Positions 8,595-19,200 of a stretch of DNA of 64,000 nt are shown here, in pieces. A model generated the notes under the pieces. The model ran no database searches, was not told the DNA's origin, and saw only the letters and a program-made list of their open reading frames with translations. The first letter of the stretch is position 1. Each line of letters begins with the position of its first letter. Made by a program: the position numbers and the translations under genes. The stretch comes from a virus, in IMG/VR virus record IMGVR_UViG_3300020109_000011, positions 1 to 64,000 of that record. One strand, written 5' to 3'.

Positions 8595-10244
8595 ATGGCG
8601 GGTGGCGGCGTTCTCCGGCGACGGCGTGAAGCGACCCCGGAGGCGATGACCGCGTCCGCTCAGGTGGTCCGGATGCCCGAGCGGAAGGCCCAGGCGGCGC
8701 CGTACCGGCAGCCGCGCGCCATCGTCGCCTCGGCCGAGCGCGTGGACCTGGACACCGCCTGGACCGAGCGCGCGAACGCCTCCTACAAGTCCTCCCAGGA
8801 CGAGGCCTGGATCGGCTACCAGCGGGTCGGCGAGATCCACTACGGCTTCAACCTGGTCGCCAACGTGCTGTCCCGCCTGCGGGTCTACCCGGCGGCCATC
8901 CCGGAGTCCGAGGAGGCGCCTCAGGGCGCGAAGGACGCCGCCGACCGTGGGCGCATCTCCTCCGACCTGGCGCGCGACGCCGAGGAGGTCATGCGGCAGA
9001 TCACCGGGCCGACCTTCTCCCAGCTGGTCCGCAGCTTCGCGCTCAACATCAACGTGCCGGGCGAGTGCTACCTGGTCCGGCTGAAGGAGCGCACGAAGGA
9101 GGGCAACGAGACCGTCCAGTGGAAGGTCGTCTCCACCGACGAGCTCGTGGTGGACGTGAACGGTGCGACCCTCCGGCCGCTGCGCGGGCAGACCGCGAAG
9201 GAGAAGCGGCTGCCGAAGGGCACCTTCGTCGGTCGCATCTGGCGCTCGCACCCGCGCTACTCCGGGGAGCCGGACTCCAGCCTCATGGGCGTCGCGGACG
9301 CCATCGAGGAGTTGCTGATCCTCCAGCGCCTGGTGCGCTCGGCGACCCGCTCGCGGCTGAACAACGGCCTGCTGTTCCTGCCCGAGGGTCTGCTGTCGGC
9401 CCGGATGCAGATGGCCATGCAGGGCCTGGACGAGGCCGGGAACCCCCTCTCCGACGAGGAGAAGGAGGCGATGGCCAACGACCCCGGCAACCAGCTGGTG
9501 GCCGACCTGATGCAGGCCATCGTCACGGCGGTCAGCGACGAGGGCGACGCCTCGGCCGTGGCCCCGCTGATGGTGACCGGTGAGGGCTCGCTGGCCGAGC
9601 AGATCAAGCACATCACCTTCGAGCGCGGCAGCGACGAGTGGCTGGTCAACCGGACCGAGCGCGCGCTGGAGCGGATCCTCCAGGGCATCGACGTGCCGAA
9701 GGAGGTCGTCACCGGGCTGGCCAACGTGAAGTATTCCAACGCGCTGGTCATCGATGAGAACCTCTACAAGGCCAACATCGAGCCCCTGGCGCTGGTCCTG
9801 GTGGACGCGCTCACCGAGGTGTTCCTGCGGCCCCTGCTGCGGGCCCGGGGCTACGACGAGGCCGACCTGGACCGGATCGTCGTCTGGTACGACCCGAGCG
9901 AGATCGTCACCCGGCCCAACCAGGCCGAGGACGCCAGCGACGGCTACGACCGCTACCTGGTCGGCCCGGGCGCCTGGCGGCGCGAGCACGGCTTCGGCGA
10001 CGACGACGCCCCGACCGAAGCCGAGCTCGGGATGATGCTGCTGACCAGCGGCGCGCCCCTGCCACAGGATGTCCAGATGGCCCTGCTCCAGGCGATGCTG
10101 CCGAAGATCCTCGGCCAGCAGCGCGAGGAGAACATGGGCAACCAGCCCGTGCCGTTCCCCCAGAGCGCGCAGGACGTGCTCTCCCCGACCCCCGAGGCCT
10201 CGGCCAACGTCAGCGACGCAGCCACTGGAGAGAACGCCGCGTGA
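8595..10244 (+). CDS. Portal protein
   Basis: Position after terL/MuF; VGEIHY..ANVLSR, NINVPGECYLV, RIWRSHPR..PDS, RSRLNNGLLFLP, VWYDPS motifs of cluster-B-like portals. Confidence 0.9.
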   Translation: MAGGGVLRRRREATPEAMTASAQVVRMPERKAQAAPYRQPRAIVASAERVDLDTAWTERANASYKSSQDEAWIGYQRVGEIHYGFNLVANVLSRLRVYPAAIPESEEAPQGAKDAADRGRISSDLARDAEEVMRQITGPTFSQLVRSFALNINVPGECYLVRLKERTKEGNETVQWKVVSTDELVVDVNGATLRPLRGQTAKEKRLPKGTFVGRIWRSHPRYSGEPDSSLMGVADAIEELLILQRLVRSATRSRLNNGLLFLPEGLLSARMQMAMQGLDEAGNPLSDEEKEAMANDPGNQLVADLMQAIVTAVSDEGDASAVAPLMVTGEGSLAEQIKHITFERGSDEWLVNRTERALERILQGIDVPKEVVTGLANVKYSNALVIDENLYKANIEPLALVLVDALTEVFLRPLLRARGYDEADLDRIVVWYDPSEIVTRPNQAEDASDGYDRYLVGPGAWRREHGFGDDDAPTEAELGMMLLTSGAPLPQDVQMALLQAMLPKILGQQREENMGNQPVPFPQSAQDVLSPTPEASANVSDAATGENAA

Positions 10245-13200
10245 GCGAGTCCAAGCACTACACGACCGCGATCCTCGCCGCCGTCCCCGCGACGGACGAC
10301 CCGGTCCACGAGGTCGTCGCCGAGGACGCCCACGTCACCCTCCAGTTCCTGGGCGAGGCGGCCGAGCTCTCCGAGGAGCAGGTCGAGGAGATCACCACCG
10401 CGCTGGAGATGCTGGCCAGCGTCGTCTACCCGTTCGAGGCCGACATCTCGGGCACCGCCGAGCTCGGGCCCGACAAGGCGCAGGTGCTGCTGGTCCAGAG
10501 CGCGCTGCTGACCAAGGTCCGCGAGACGCTGGGCATGGTCGAGGCCGTGTCAACCGCCGTGGCGGCCAGCGACCAGTTCCCGAACTGGATCCCGCACCTG
10601 ACGCTGGCCTACGAGGGCGAGATGCCCGACGTGAGCAGCTACAAGACGGTGACCATCGGCTCGCTGGAGCTCTGGCTGGCCGAGAAGAAGACGGTCTTCC
10701 CACTGGCCCAGCCGAAGGACGCGGTCACCGCCGCCGGGCTCAAGGTCTTCGAGGAGCACCTGCACCCGCGCGGTGCGGACGGCCGCTTCATCGAGAAGTT
10801 CGGCGTGATCAAGTTCCTGACCGCCAAGGGCTGGCAGTACGGCAAGGTCGAGGGGATCTACGAGGAGAACGGCCAGGTCAAGCTGACCGTCAGCCCCTCC
10901 AACCTGTCCGGGAAGACCCACGGCGAGTCCGTCGTGCTGACCCCGAAGCAGGTCTACCGGGCGCCGAAGACCAAGGCGCACCTGCTGGTCAACCAGTCCG
11001 GCGTGACCAAGATCGGTGGCCAGGGCGGCTCCAACCCCGGCGGCCTCTACTCGATGCCCGCCCAGGTCCCGCACCCCGACGGCAGCGTGGAGCTCACGGG
11101 CGAGCAGGACCAGTTCTACGTCAAGACGCCGAAGTCCAAGGCCATCGGTCAGAACGAGGCGCTGACCAACGCGCTGTACGAGCACGCCGGGGTGCCGGTC
11201 CCCGAGGTGGACCTGGCCAGCGACGGGAAGCTCTACAGCAAGATCGTCAAGGGCCAGCAGGACATGGCCCAGCAGCTGTCGAACGCGGACTGGAAGGACC
11301 AGGTCCGGCGGAACTTCGTCGTGGACGCCTGGCTGGCCAACCGCGACGTGTTCGGCATGACCTACGACAACATCCTGACCGACGAGCACGGCGTGCCGTG
11401 GCGCATCGACAACGGCGGCGGGCTGCTCTACCGGGCGCAGGGCGCGAAGAAGACCGACTTCGGCTCGCAGGTCACCGAGCTCGACGCCTTCCGGCAGGGC
11501 AAGAAGGCCGCGATCTTCGGCCCCGAGATGTCGAAGGCCCAGGAGATCGACGGGGCCGAGCGCGTGCTGGCCATCTCCCCGGCCGACATCGATGACCTGG
11601 TCAAGGCCCACGGCCTGCCCAAGTCGCTGGCCGACACCCTGAAGGCCCGGCGGCTCTACATCGCCGACTACTACGGCCTGACGCTGCCGGAGTCCAAGGC
11701 CCCGGCCGAGGCCGAGGGCCCGACCAGCGCGCCGCTGGTGGACGCCCCCGACATCGCCGAGAACGAGGGCCACAACCGCAGTTGGTTCAAGGTCAACCTG
11801 TCCCAGCTGGGCTTCGTGGCGAGCACGGGGGACCTGCTGGAGCTTCCGGACGGGAGCACGAAGCTGCTGGGCGTCGGGGACGACGGCCAGGCGCTGTCGA
11901 TGGTGGGCGCCCAGGCCCAGCTGCTGGGGCTCATGCAGACCATCGGGCCCGAGGCCCAGGTCTACCTGAAGAAGCAGATCGACCCCCAGCAGTCCCGCCC
12001 CGACCACGGGTCGAAGCTGAAGGGCAGCGACCTCACCTCGCAGCGCTGGAAGCGCGGTGACCAGGTCATCGACTCCGACGGCGTGCCGTGGAAGGTGCTG
12101 GGCTGGAACGAGGACACGGGCGCGATGCTCGTGCAGTTCGCCAGTAAGGCCCCGGTGCTGCTGGACACCCACGGCAAGGACAAGGGCGAGACCTTCACCG
12201 TCCAGCGCTGGGACCCGCCTGCGGTTGACACGGCCGAGCCGGTGCAGACCGAGCAGCAGGCCATCGACCAGGTCCAGACCGCCGTCTGGATCAACCCGCC
12301 GCCGGTCAAGATCGAGACGCTGACCGAGCCCGACGACGAGCTCACCACCTACACGCAGAGCGAGAGCGGCACCTACGTCCCGAAGGTCGTCCCGGCCGAG
12401 ATCGTGGACGAGTTCCTGGCGCCGCTCCCCGCCGAGAGCACGAAGACCGGCCAGGCCGCGCAGGCCGAGCAGGCCATCAAGGCCGACCTCAACCAGCCGC
12501 TGCCCACCGGAAGCGGCGCTCCGGCGCCCGCGAAGACCAGCGCGCCCGGCGGCGCGAAGGTCATGGTCATCGGCGACGGCACCGAGGCTGCCACCGGGGA
12601 TTCCGTCACGTCCAAGAAGGACGGCAAGACCTACGTCTTCGTGAAGCCGAAGGGGCAGTACGCGGTCGTCACCGACCCCAACGGCGAGGACCCGACCAAG
12701 CAGCTGCTGAAGCTGGCCAGCACGATGACCCAGCCGGGCAAGGCCCCGGCCGCCGACGCCACCGAGGTCGAGGCGCCGAAGACGGCCACGGGCGAGGTCC
12801 CGCAGCTGGGCATGACCGCGCTGGCCAAGGACGGATGGGCGGGCACCATCACGCTCATCTCGCCGGACGGCAAGTTCGTCTTCATCACCGACGCCAACGG
12901 GAAGCGGAAGCGGAAGTCCACCGGCACCGTCTCCATCACCGGGGGCACCCCGGCGGTGGTTGACACCCCGGCCCCGGCCACGGCTCCGGCCGCTCCGGCC
13001 CCGCTGAAGCCCTACGGCCCGGCCCCGGCCAACGTCCCGGCGGCCAAGGCCGCGCTGGGGGACATCTCCTTCGACCTGGACGACCCGGCCGACCTGGACG
13101 CCGGGGACATGGTGGTCGTGGGCTACGCGGACGGCACCATCGGCCTGGAGCCCTACACCGGCCAGCCGCTGGACAGCCTGCTGAAGAACACCACCGGCAA

Positions 13201-16200
13201 GGTGGCCACCCACAACACGATCACGGTCTACCAGGGCCCGGTGTCGGCCGAGCAGTTCGTGGCGGCCACGGCGGCCAAGGCGGGCTCGCACCCGAAGCAC
13301 TACTTCGTCTTCTGGGACAGCAAGGTCTTCCTGACCGACGGCAAGACCGGGCCCAACGGCGGCCTGATCCTGTGGGACTCGGAGAACCCGAGCACCTACG
13401 CCCTGGAGCTCCCGAAGACCGGCCACGTGCTGGTCATCGCCGACAGCACCCCGGCCAACGAGTCCGGCATCGTGCTGCCCGACTTCGAGACCATCGGCTC
13501 CTCCCAGGTGCTCGACAGCGGCTGGACCCCCGCGCTGCCGCTGTACGGCGACGAGGCGAAGACGTTGGCCGACTGGGGCCAGGACATCGGCGTGGGCTCG
13601 GAGATCTCGCTGGACGGCGAGGAGTGGCTGAAGGTCACCGCCGTCACCGCCAACGGCGTGACGGTGCAGGACTCGAACGAGGCCAACACCTACCTGACCA
13701 CGAAGGCCAGCATGGCGAAGTGGGTCATCAAGGCCCCGCCGATGAAGGACGGTGACGCCCCCAACCCGGCCTTCCAGCCGGGTGCGAAGGACCCGGACCT
13801 GGACGAGCTCCCGGTGCAGTCCGGGAAGAAGAAGATCGCGGACCTGGCCTCGGGTGACGTGGTCATCGACGCCCACGGCGGCACCACGATCATCGACTCG
13901 GTCCTGGTGGACCCCGACGCCCCGGGGATCCACAAGGCCGAGATCACGGCGATGGGGGAGCAGGACACCTTCCCGGCCGATCCCAACCAGGTGCTGGACC
14001 ACCTCGGCAACATCACCGAGGACTTCGTGACGGTCCCGCTGGAGACGGTGCTGGACCACCTCTACCCGGGCGCGCAGTTCCAGATGGCTGGGCAGACCAT
14101 GCAGCTGGTCAGCTACCCGCAGAAGCTGGACAACGGCAACTACCGCTTCGCGGTCATCCCCGAGGGCGAGCCCGGCAGCCCGCTGCTGTACGAGGTCGGT
14201 CAGTACGACCTGGGCGCCGACATCTCCAGCGAGTTCGTCGTCCCGGTCAAGCTGGGCAGCTTCTCCTCCGCGCAGGACGCCGGGGCCGACCTGATCCAGC
14301 TGAACGCGCTGTTCGACGCGGCGGCCACGCAGAAGCAGGACACCCCGGACTACTCGGCGGCGATGACCGACGCGGGGATCCCGTTCGGCACGGCGCAGTA
14401 CCCGATCTACTACGGCGCGCAGTCCGAGACCTTCTTCCGTGCCGCGCACTCCGGCATGGAGGAGTGGGACCCCGAGGGCGGGGTCTGGAACAAGGTCGGC
14501 GGCTCGGTGGCCGAGAAGACCAAGGTCTGGGACGGCGTGCCCTTCACCGGCACGCTGAAGGCGCCCGAGGGCTTCCAGGACAGCACCATCGGGATCACGG
14601 CGGGCCTGACCTGGGCGCTGGAGAACTACAAGCCGAAGCCGGGCGAGACCATCCAGGTGGTCAAGATGCCCCAGCTGTCGGGGAAGTCGCTGCTCATCAG
14701 CTACCCCTACGGTCTGGACGGCCCGGCGCACACGATCCTGGACGACCAGGCGGGTGGCCTGCACGCCTCCACCGACCCCTTCGCCGGGGACTGGAAGGAG
14801 TCCGGCGGCTTCAGCGACTACACGGTCATCCACGACCCGTTCGCCGCTCCCACGCCCGGTCCGCAGCTGACCCACCAGGCCGCACCGCAGCCTCCGGCCG
14901 TGCTGGGCGCCCACCTCCAGACGGCGGGCTACGAGCCGACCCCCGGCGAGCAGTTCATGGTGGTCAACCAGGGCACGGCCACGCGCGTGTGGACCAAGCA
15001 GCCCGACGGGACCTACGTCCGGATCTTCGGCTCCGGCGCGGTCGGCAACACCCCGTGGGACCTGGACGACATCAAGCACACCTTCGAGGGCTGGGACCAG
15101 TTCACCTTCACCTGGCTGCCCGAGGGCGCCGACGCCCCGGCGGCGGTGGCCGGGATGCCCGAGGGCTACGCGCCGTTCGTGCCGGGCGAGGGCCAGTCCC
15201 TGATCAAGGTGACCCTGGGCAACGGCAAGCAGAACGTCTACCTCCAGAAGCAGCCCGAGGCGGGCTGGTACGAGCTCGGCCCCGATGGCGTGGTCAGCGA
15301 GGCCAGCGACGCCGTCAAGAGCAACTTCGTCGTCCAGCAGAAGCTGGCAGGCCAGGGCCTGGGCACCGGCACGGTGAAGTACGAGCTCCTGCACCCGAAG
15401 CCGGAGGGCCAGAAGCAGGCCGACAAGCCGGTGCCGGAGTTCAGCAACTCCACCGGCACGTGGACCCCGGAGGCGGGCCAGAAGGTCGTCGCGCTCACCA
15501 GCTACCCGGGCGACTCGGACCCCTGGTTCTACGTCCAGAGCGAGCCGGGCGGGGACTGGGTGCCGAGCCCGAACACCCCGGACACCACGGCCCAGAACGA
15601 CAGCGCCGTGCAGAACGGGATCTCGGCGGGCCAGAAGGCCTCGGGGTCCAGCTGGACGCTGGTCTACGACGGCGACAGCGGTCAGGCGGCGGTTGACACG
15701 CCGGAGAAGGCGCTCGCGTCCTTCCACCACCACGTCCCGCTGCCCGACACCGAGGTCTACCAGGACGCGCAGGGCGACTACTGGGCCCAGCAGGCACCGG
15801 GCGGGAAGTTCTACTACGTCAACCCCGAGACCGGGACCTACTCCCTCGGTGGGCTGACCGAGCAGGACATCACCGACTCGGCCGAGGACATGACCAAGGT
15901 CTGGCCGACCGAAGACGGTCCGGCCATCGAGACCCTGACCGAGGCCTTCAGCGGGTACACCCCGAAGCCGGGCGACACGGTCATCAAGTGGACTCCGGCC
16001 AGCGGGAACGCGGTGTGGCTGGTCCTGGCCGAGGGCGAGACGGTCTACCACCCGATCTCCAGCGAGGGCGAGATCGTCCAGAGCGGCGGGATCGCGCAGT
16101 ACCAGCTGGACCAGCTGAACGCCCCGGGGTCCAACCAGACCGTCGAGACGGTCTGGCCGCCGAGCGCGCAGGGCAAGGGCATCGAGGTCGGGGGCTACCA

Positions 16201-19200
16201 GACCCAGCCCACCGACAACGTGGTCCAGTTCGTCGCGCAGAGCGGCACCACGGTCACCGCCGTGCAGCAGCCCGACGGCAGCTGGGCGCCCATCATGGGC
16301 GGCCAGCTGGAGCCCGACGACGGCTACTCGCAGAGCACCATCGAGTGGGCGGCCAACCCCGACAGTGGGCTGGAGCTCACCGTGCTCCAGGGCACGCTGA
16401 AGGGCGCCCCGCCTGCCGAGCCCGAGGCCCTGCCGACCACTGTCACGCCCTACGCGGGTGTCAACCAGACCACCGTGCTGGCGCAGACCAACTGGGCGCT
16501 GGAGGACCCGGCTGCGCCCCTGACCGAGTACGGCAAGACCAAGGTCCAGGGCCTGACGCTCCAGCCGGGCGAGTCCGCCTACGTCGCCAGCGGCAACGGC
16601 AGCTACGTCTACGTCCGGGACAGCGCCGGGAACTGGAACTACGTCTACGGCGACAGCGGCGAGCAGAACCTGGAGTTCTCCTCCGACGAGGAGATGGAGC
16701 AGCACCTGGCGAACACCAGCCAGACGCTGAACAAGGTCAAGTTCGCCACGCCGCAGGCTGCCCCGGTCAGCGCGCCGACCACCTACGCCGGTCCGTCCAT
16801 CTCCGGCTGGGCGGCCCAGGGCCTGCCCGACCCGGCCACGATGGGCTTCCTGGGCGGTCCCGAGGGCGCGGCCGGGATGCAGAAGGGCATGTGGCTGTTC
16901 ACCCAGGCCGACAGCAGCCTGGCCCAGGGGAACGGCACCGGCCTCTACGTCCAGCTGGCCGAGGACGTGAAGCCCGGGCAGACCGGCACGGTCAAGGTCC
17001 AGGCCTACGCACCGGTCCAGAGCGGCGACGTGAAGGACATCAAGCACCCCTCCAACGGGGGCACGATCAACTTCAACCTGGGCCAGGTCAAGCACATCTA
17101 CGGGCAGAACGCCTCGGGCATCCCCTCGCCCGACGGTCAGCAGGCCCCGGTGGCCGCCCCGAGCGCCCCGCAGAGCGCCCCGGAGGCCCCGAAGGCTGCC
17201 CCGGCCTACCCCGGCGCCCAGAAGCCCAGCCAGGAGGACATCAACGCCTGGGGCGGCGCGCTCACGAAGGACGGCCACATCCCCACCGCCGGGATGTTCG
17301 TCACCGGCAAGGGCCCGATGTCCGGGAAGATCATCTCGGTCTCGAAGGACAAGACCAAGGCCACCGTGCTCACGGCGGACGGCTCGAAGTCCACGCGGCT
17401 GATCTCGGCGCTGAAGACCGACCCCTCGGCCAACTACTCGGCCTACGCCGCGCCGGTCACGCTGAAGGACATCCCGGGTGGGATGCCGCTGGCGGTTGAC
17501 ACGGTCGCCGAGGCCCTGGAGAAGACCGCGAAGGACGGCAAGTTCCGCGCCATCCTCAACGGCCACCCCGGGGTCAGCCAGGGCCAGATGGTCGTCACGA
17601 AGACCACCGCGCCGTCGGGCAAGGTCTTCAACCGGGTGCACCTGACCCTGACCCCGGCCCAGCGCGCCGAGCTCCTGGCCACCCTGGCCGGGACCGGCGA
17701 GAAGGGCGACTGGGTCAAGTCCTCGAAGATGTCCGACCAGGTGGCGGTCGGCGACCAGCTGCCGATGCGGAAGTCCTCCACGGACAACCCCGACGGGACG
17801 CCGCGCTGGAAGGTGGACCCGGAGACCAAGCCGCCCACGCACACCGTGACGAAGGTCGAGGACGACCCCTCGGGCTCCGGCGTCAAGGTCGTGACGCTGA
17901 AGAACACCGTCACGGGCGAGGAGATCACCAGCCGGTTCCACGCGGGCAAGTCGCTGTCCGTCTACGCCTGGGACCCGAACAAGCCGAAGCCGGTCACGGC
18001 GGGCGCCTTCAGCGTCTCGGAGACGGCCAAGGCGATGGGCTGGCAGTTCGTCACCGACGGCGGCATCTCGGCCATCAAGGGCGGGGCCGACAAGGGCACC
18101 CTCTACAACGAGCCCGGGTCGGCCGTCACGAAGTCCGCGCTGGGGCAGGTCAGCCACAGCTGGAAGACCCTGCGCAACGTCTCCCAGGACGGCGTGGTCA
18201 TCGAGATCGCCGACCCCAAGGGTGCGGACACGCACTCCACCACCGGGGTCACGGTCATCTCGCTGCCCGAGGGCGCCGACGAGAAGGCCCTGGGCGCGGC
18301 GCTGTCGAAGATGGGCATCGACTACCGGCCGATGAACCAGGACGACGCCAAGGTGGCCGTGCGCGGCGTGCTGCGCACGCTGCTGTCGCTGGACACCTCG
18401 GACGTGGACACCCCGAAGCACTACACCGACGAGCAGCTGTTCAAGCAGGCCGGTCAGACGATGGGGATCAGCGACCTCGGCTGGCAGGACGTGCTGGTGG
18501 GCGTGGACGAGAGCACGGGCAAGACCAGCTTCTTCTGGTCCGACCGGGCGCGCGCCGCGCTGGCCGGGAAGGTCAGCTACAACCTGGTCTACCGGGCCGC
18601 GAGCACCGGCACCGCCGCGCAGATCGTGTCAACCGTGAAGTACGGCTCGGCGAGCTCGATCCTGAAGAAGACCACCGGGATGCTCGATGGCTCCGGCTCG
18701 GTGGGCAACGGCGCCAGCGCGAGCTCGGACAACTCCAACCACGCCGGGCACGGCTCCTACGCCTCGGCCAGCAAGGAGTTCAAGCTGCCCAGCACGAACG
18801 CCCAGGCGGGCTACAAGGGCTCGGTCGGGATCATGGTCTACCACCGGCCCGAGGCCGTGCTGGGCCGGATCATGGACTACCGGGTGTCCGCCTCGGACGC
18901 CTTCGGGATGGGCCACGGCTCGGGCTCGGACCACCTGAAGTACGCCACCTCGATGGGCAAGGTGAAGGACTACTTCCTGGGCGGCGGCCTGCCGACCGAG
19001 GCCGTGGGCTTCATCGCCGTCCAGGACTCCGGCGAGCGGGCCAAGGCCATCGAGCAGCTGAAGGCCGAGGGCTTCGGCGTGATCAACGGCCGCCCGGTCG
19101 AGGACATCGTGATCACGAAGCAGAAGGCCGCCACGCTCACCCCGGACGACCTGCCGCCCGTGACCATCCCCGCGAACGCCCGGCCGATCCTGGATCTGCC

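Noticed and set aside
10550-18421. 2623-aa ORF antisense to the giant gene
   Set aside because: Shadow frame caused by GC3 bias of the + strand gene; the product is R/G/V/L-rich with no motifs.
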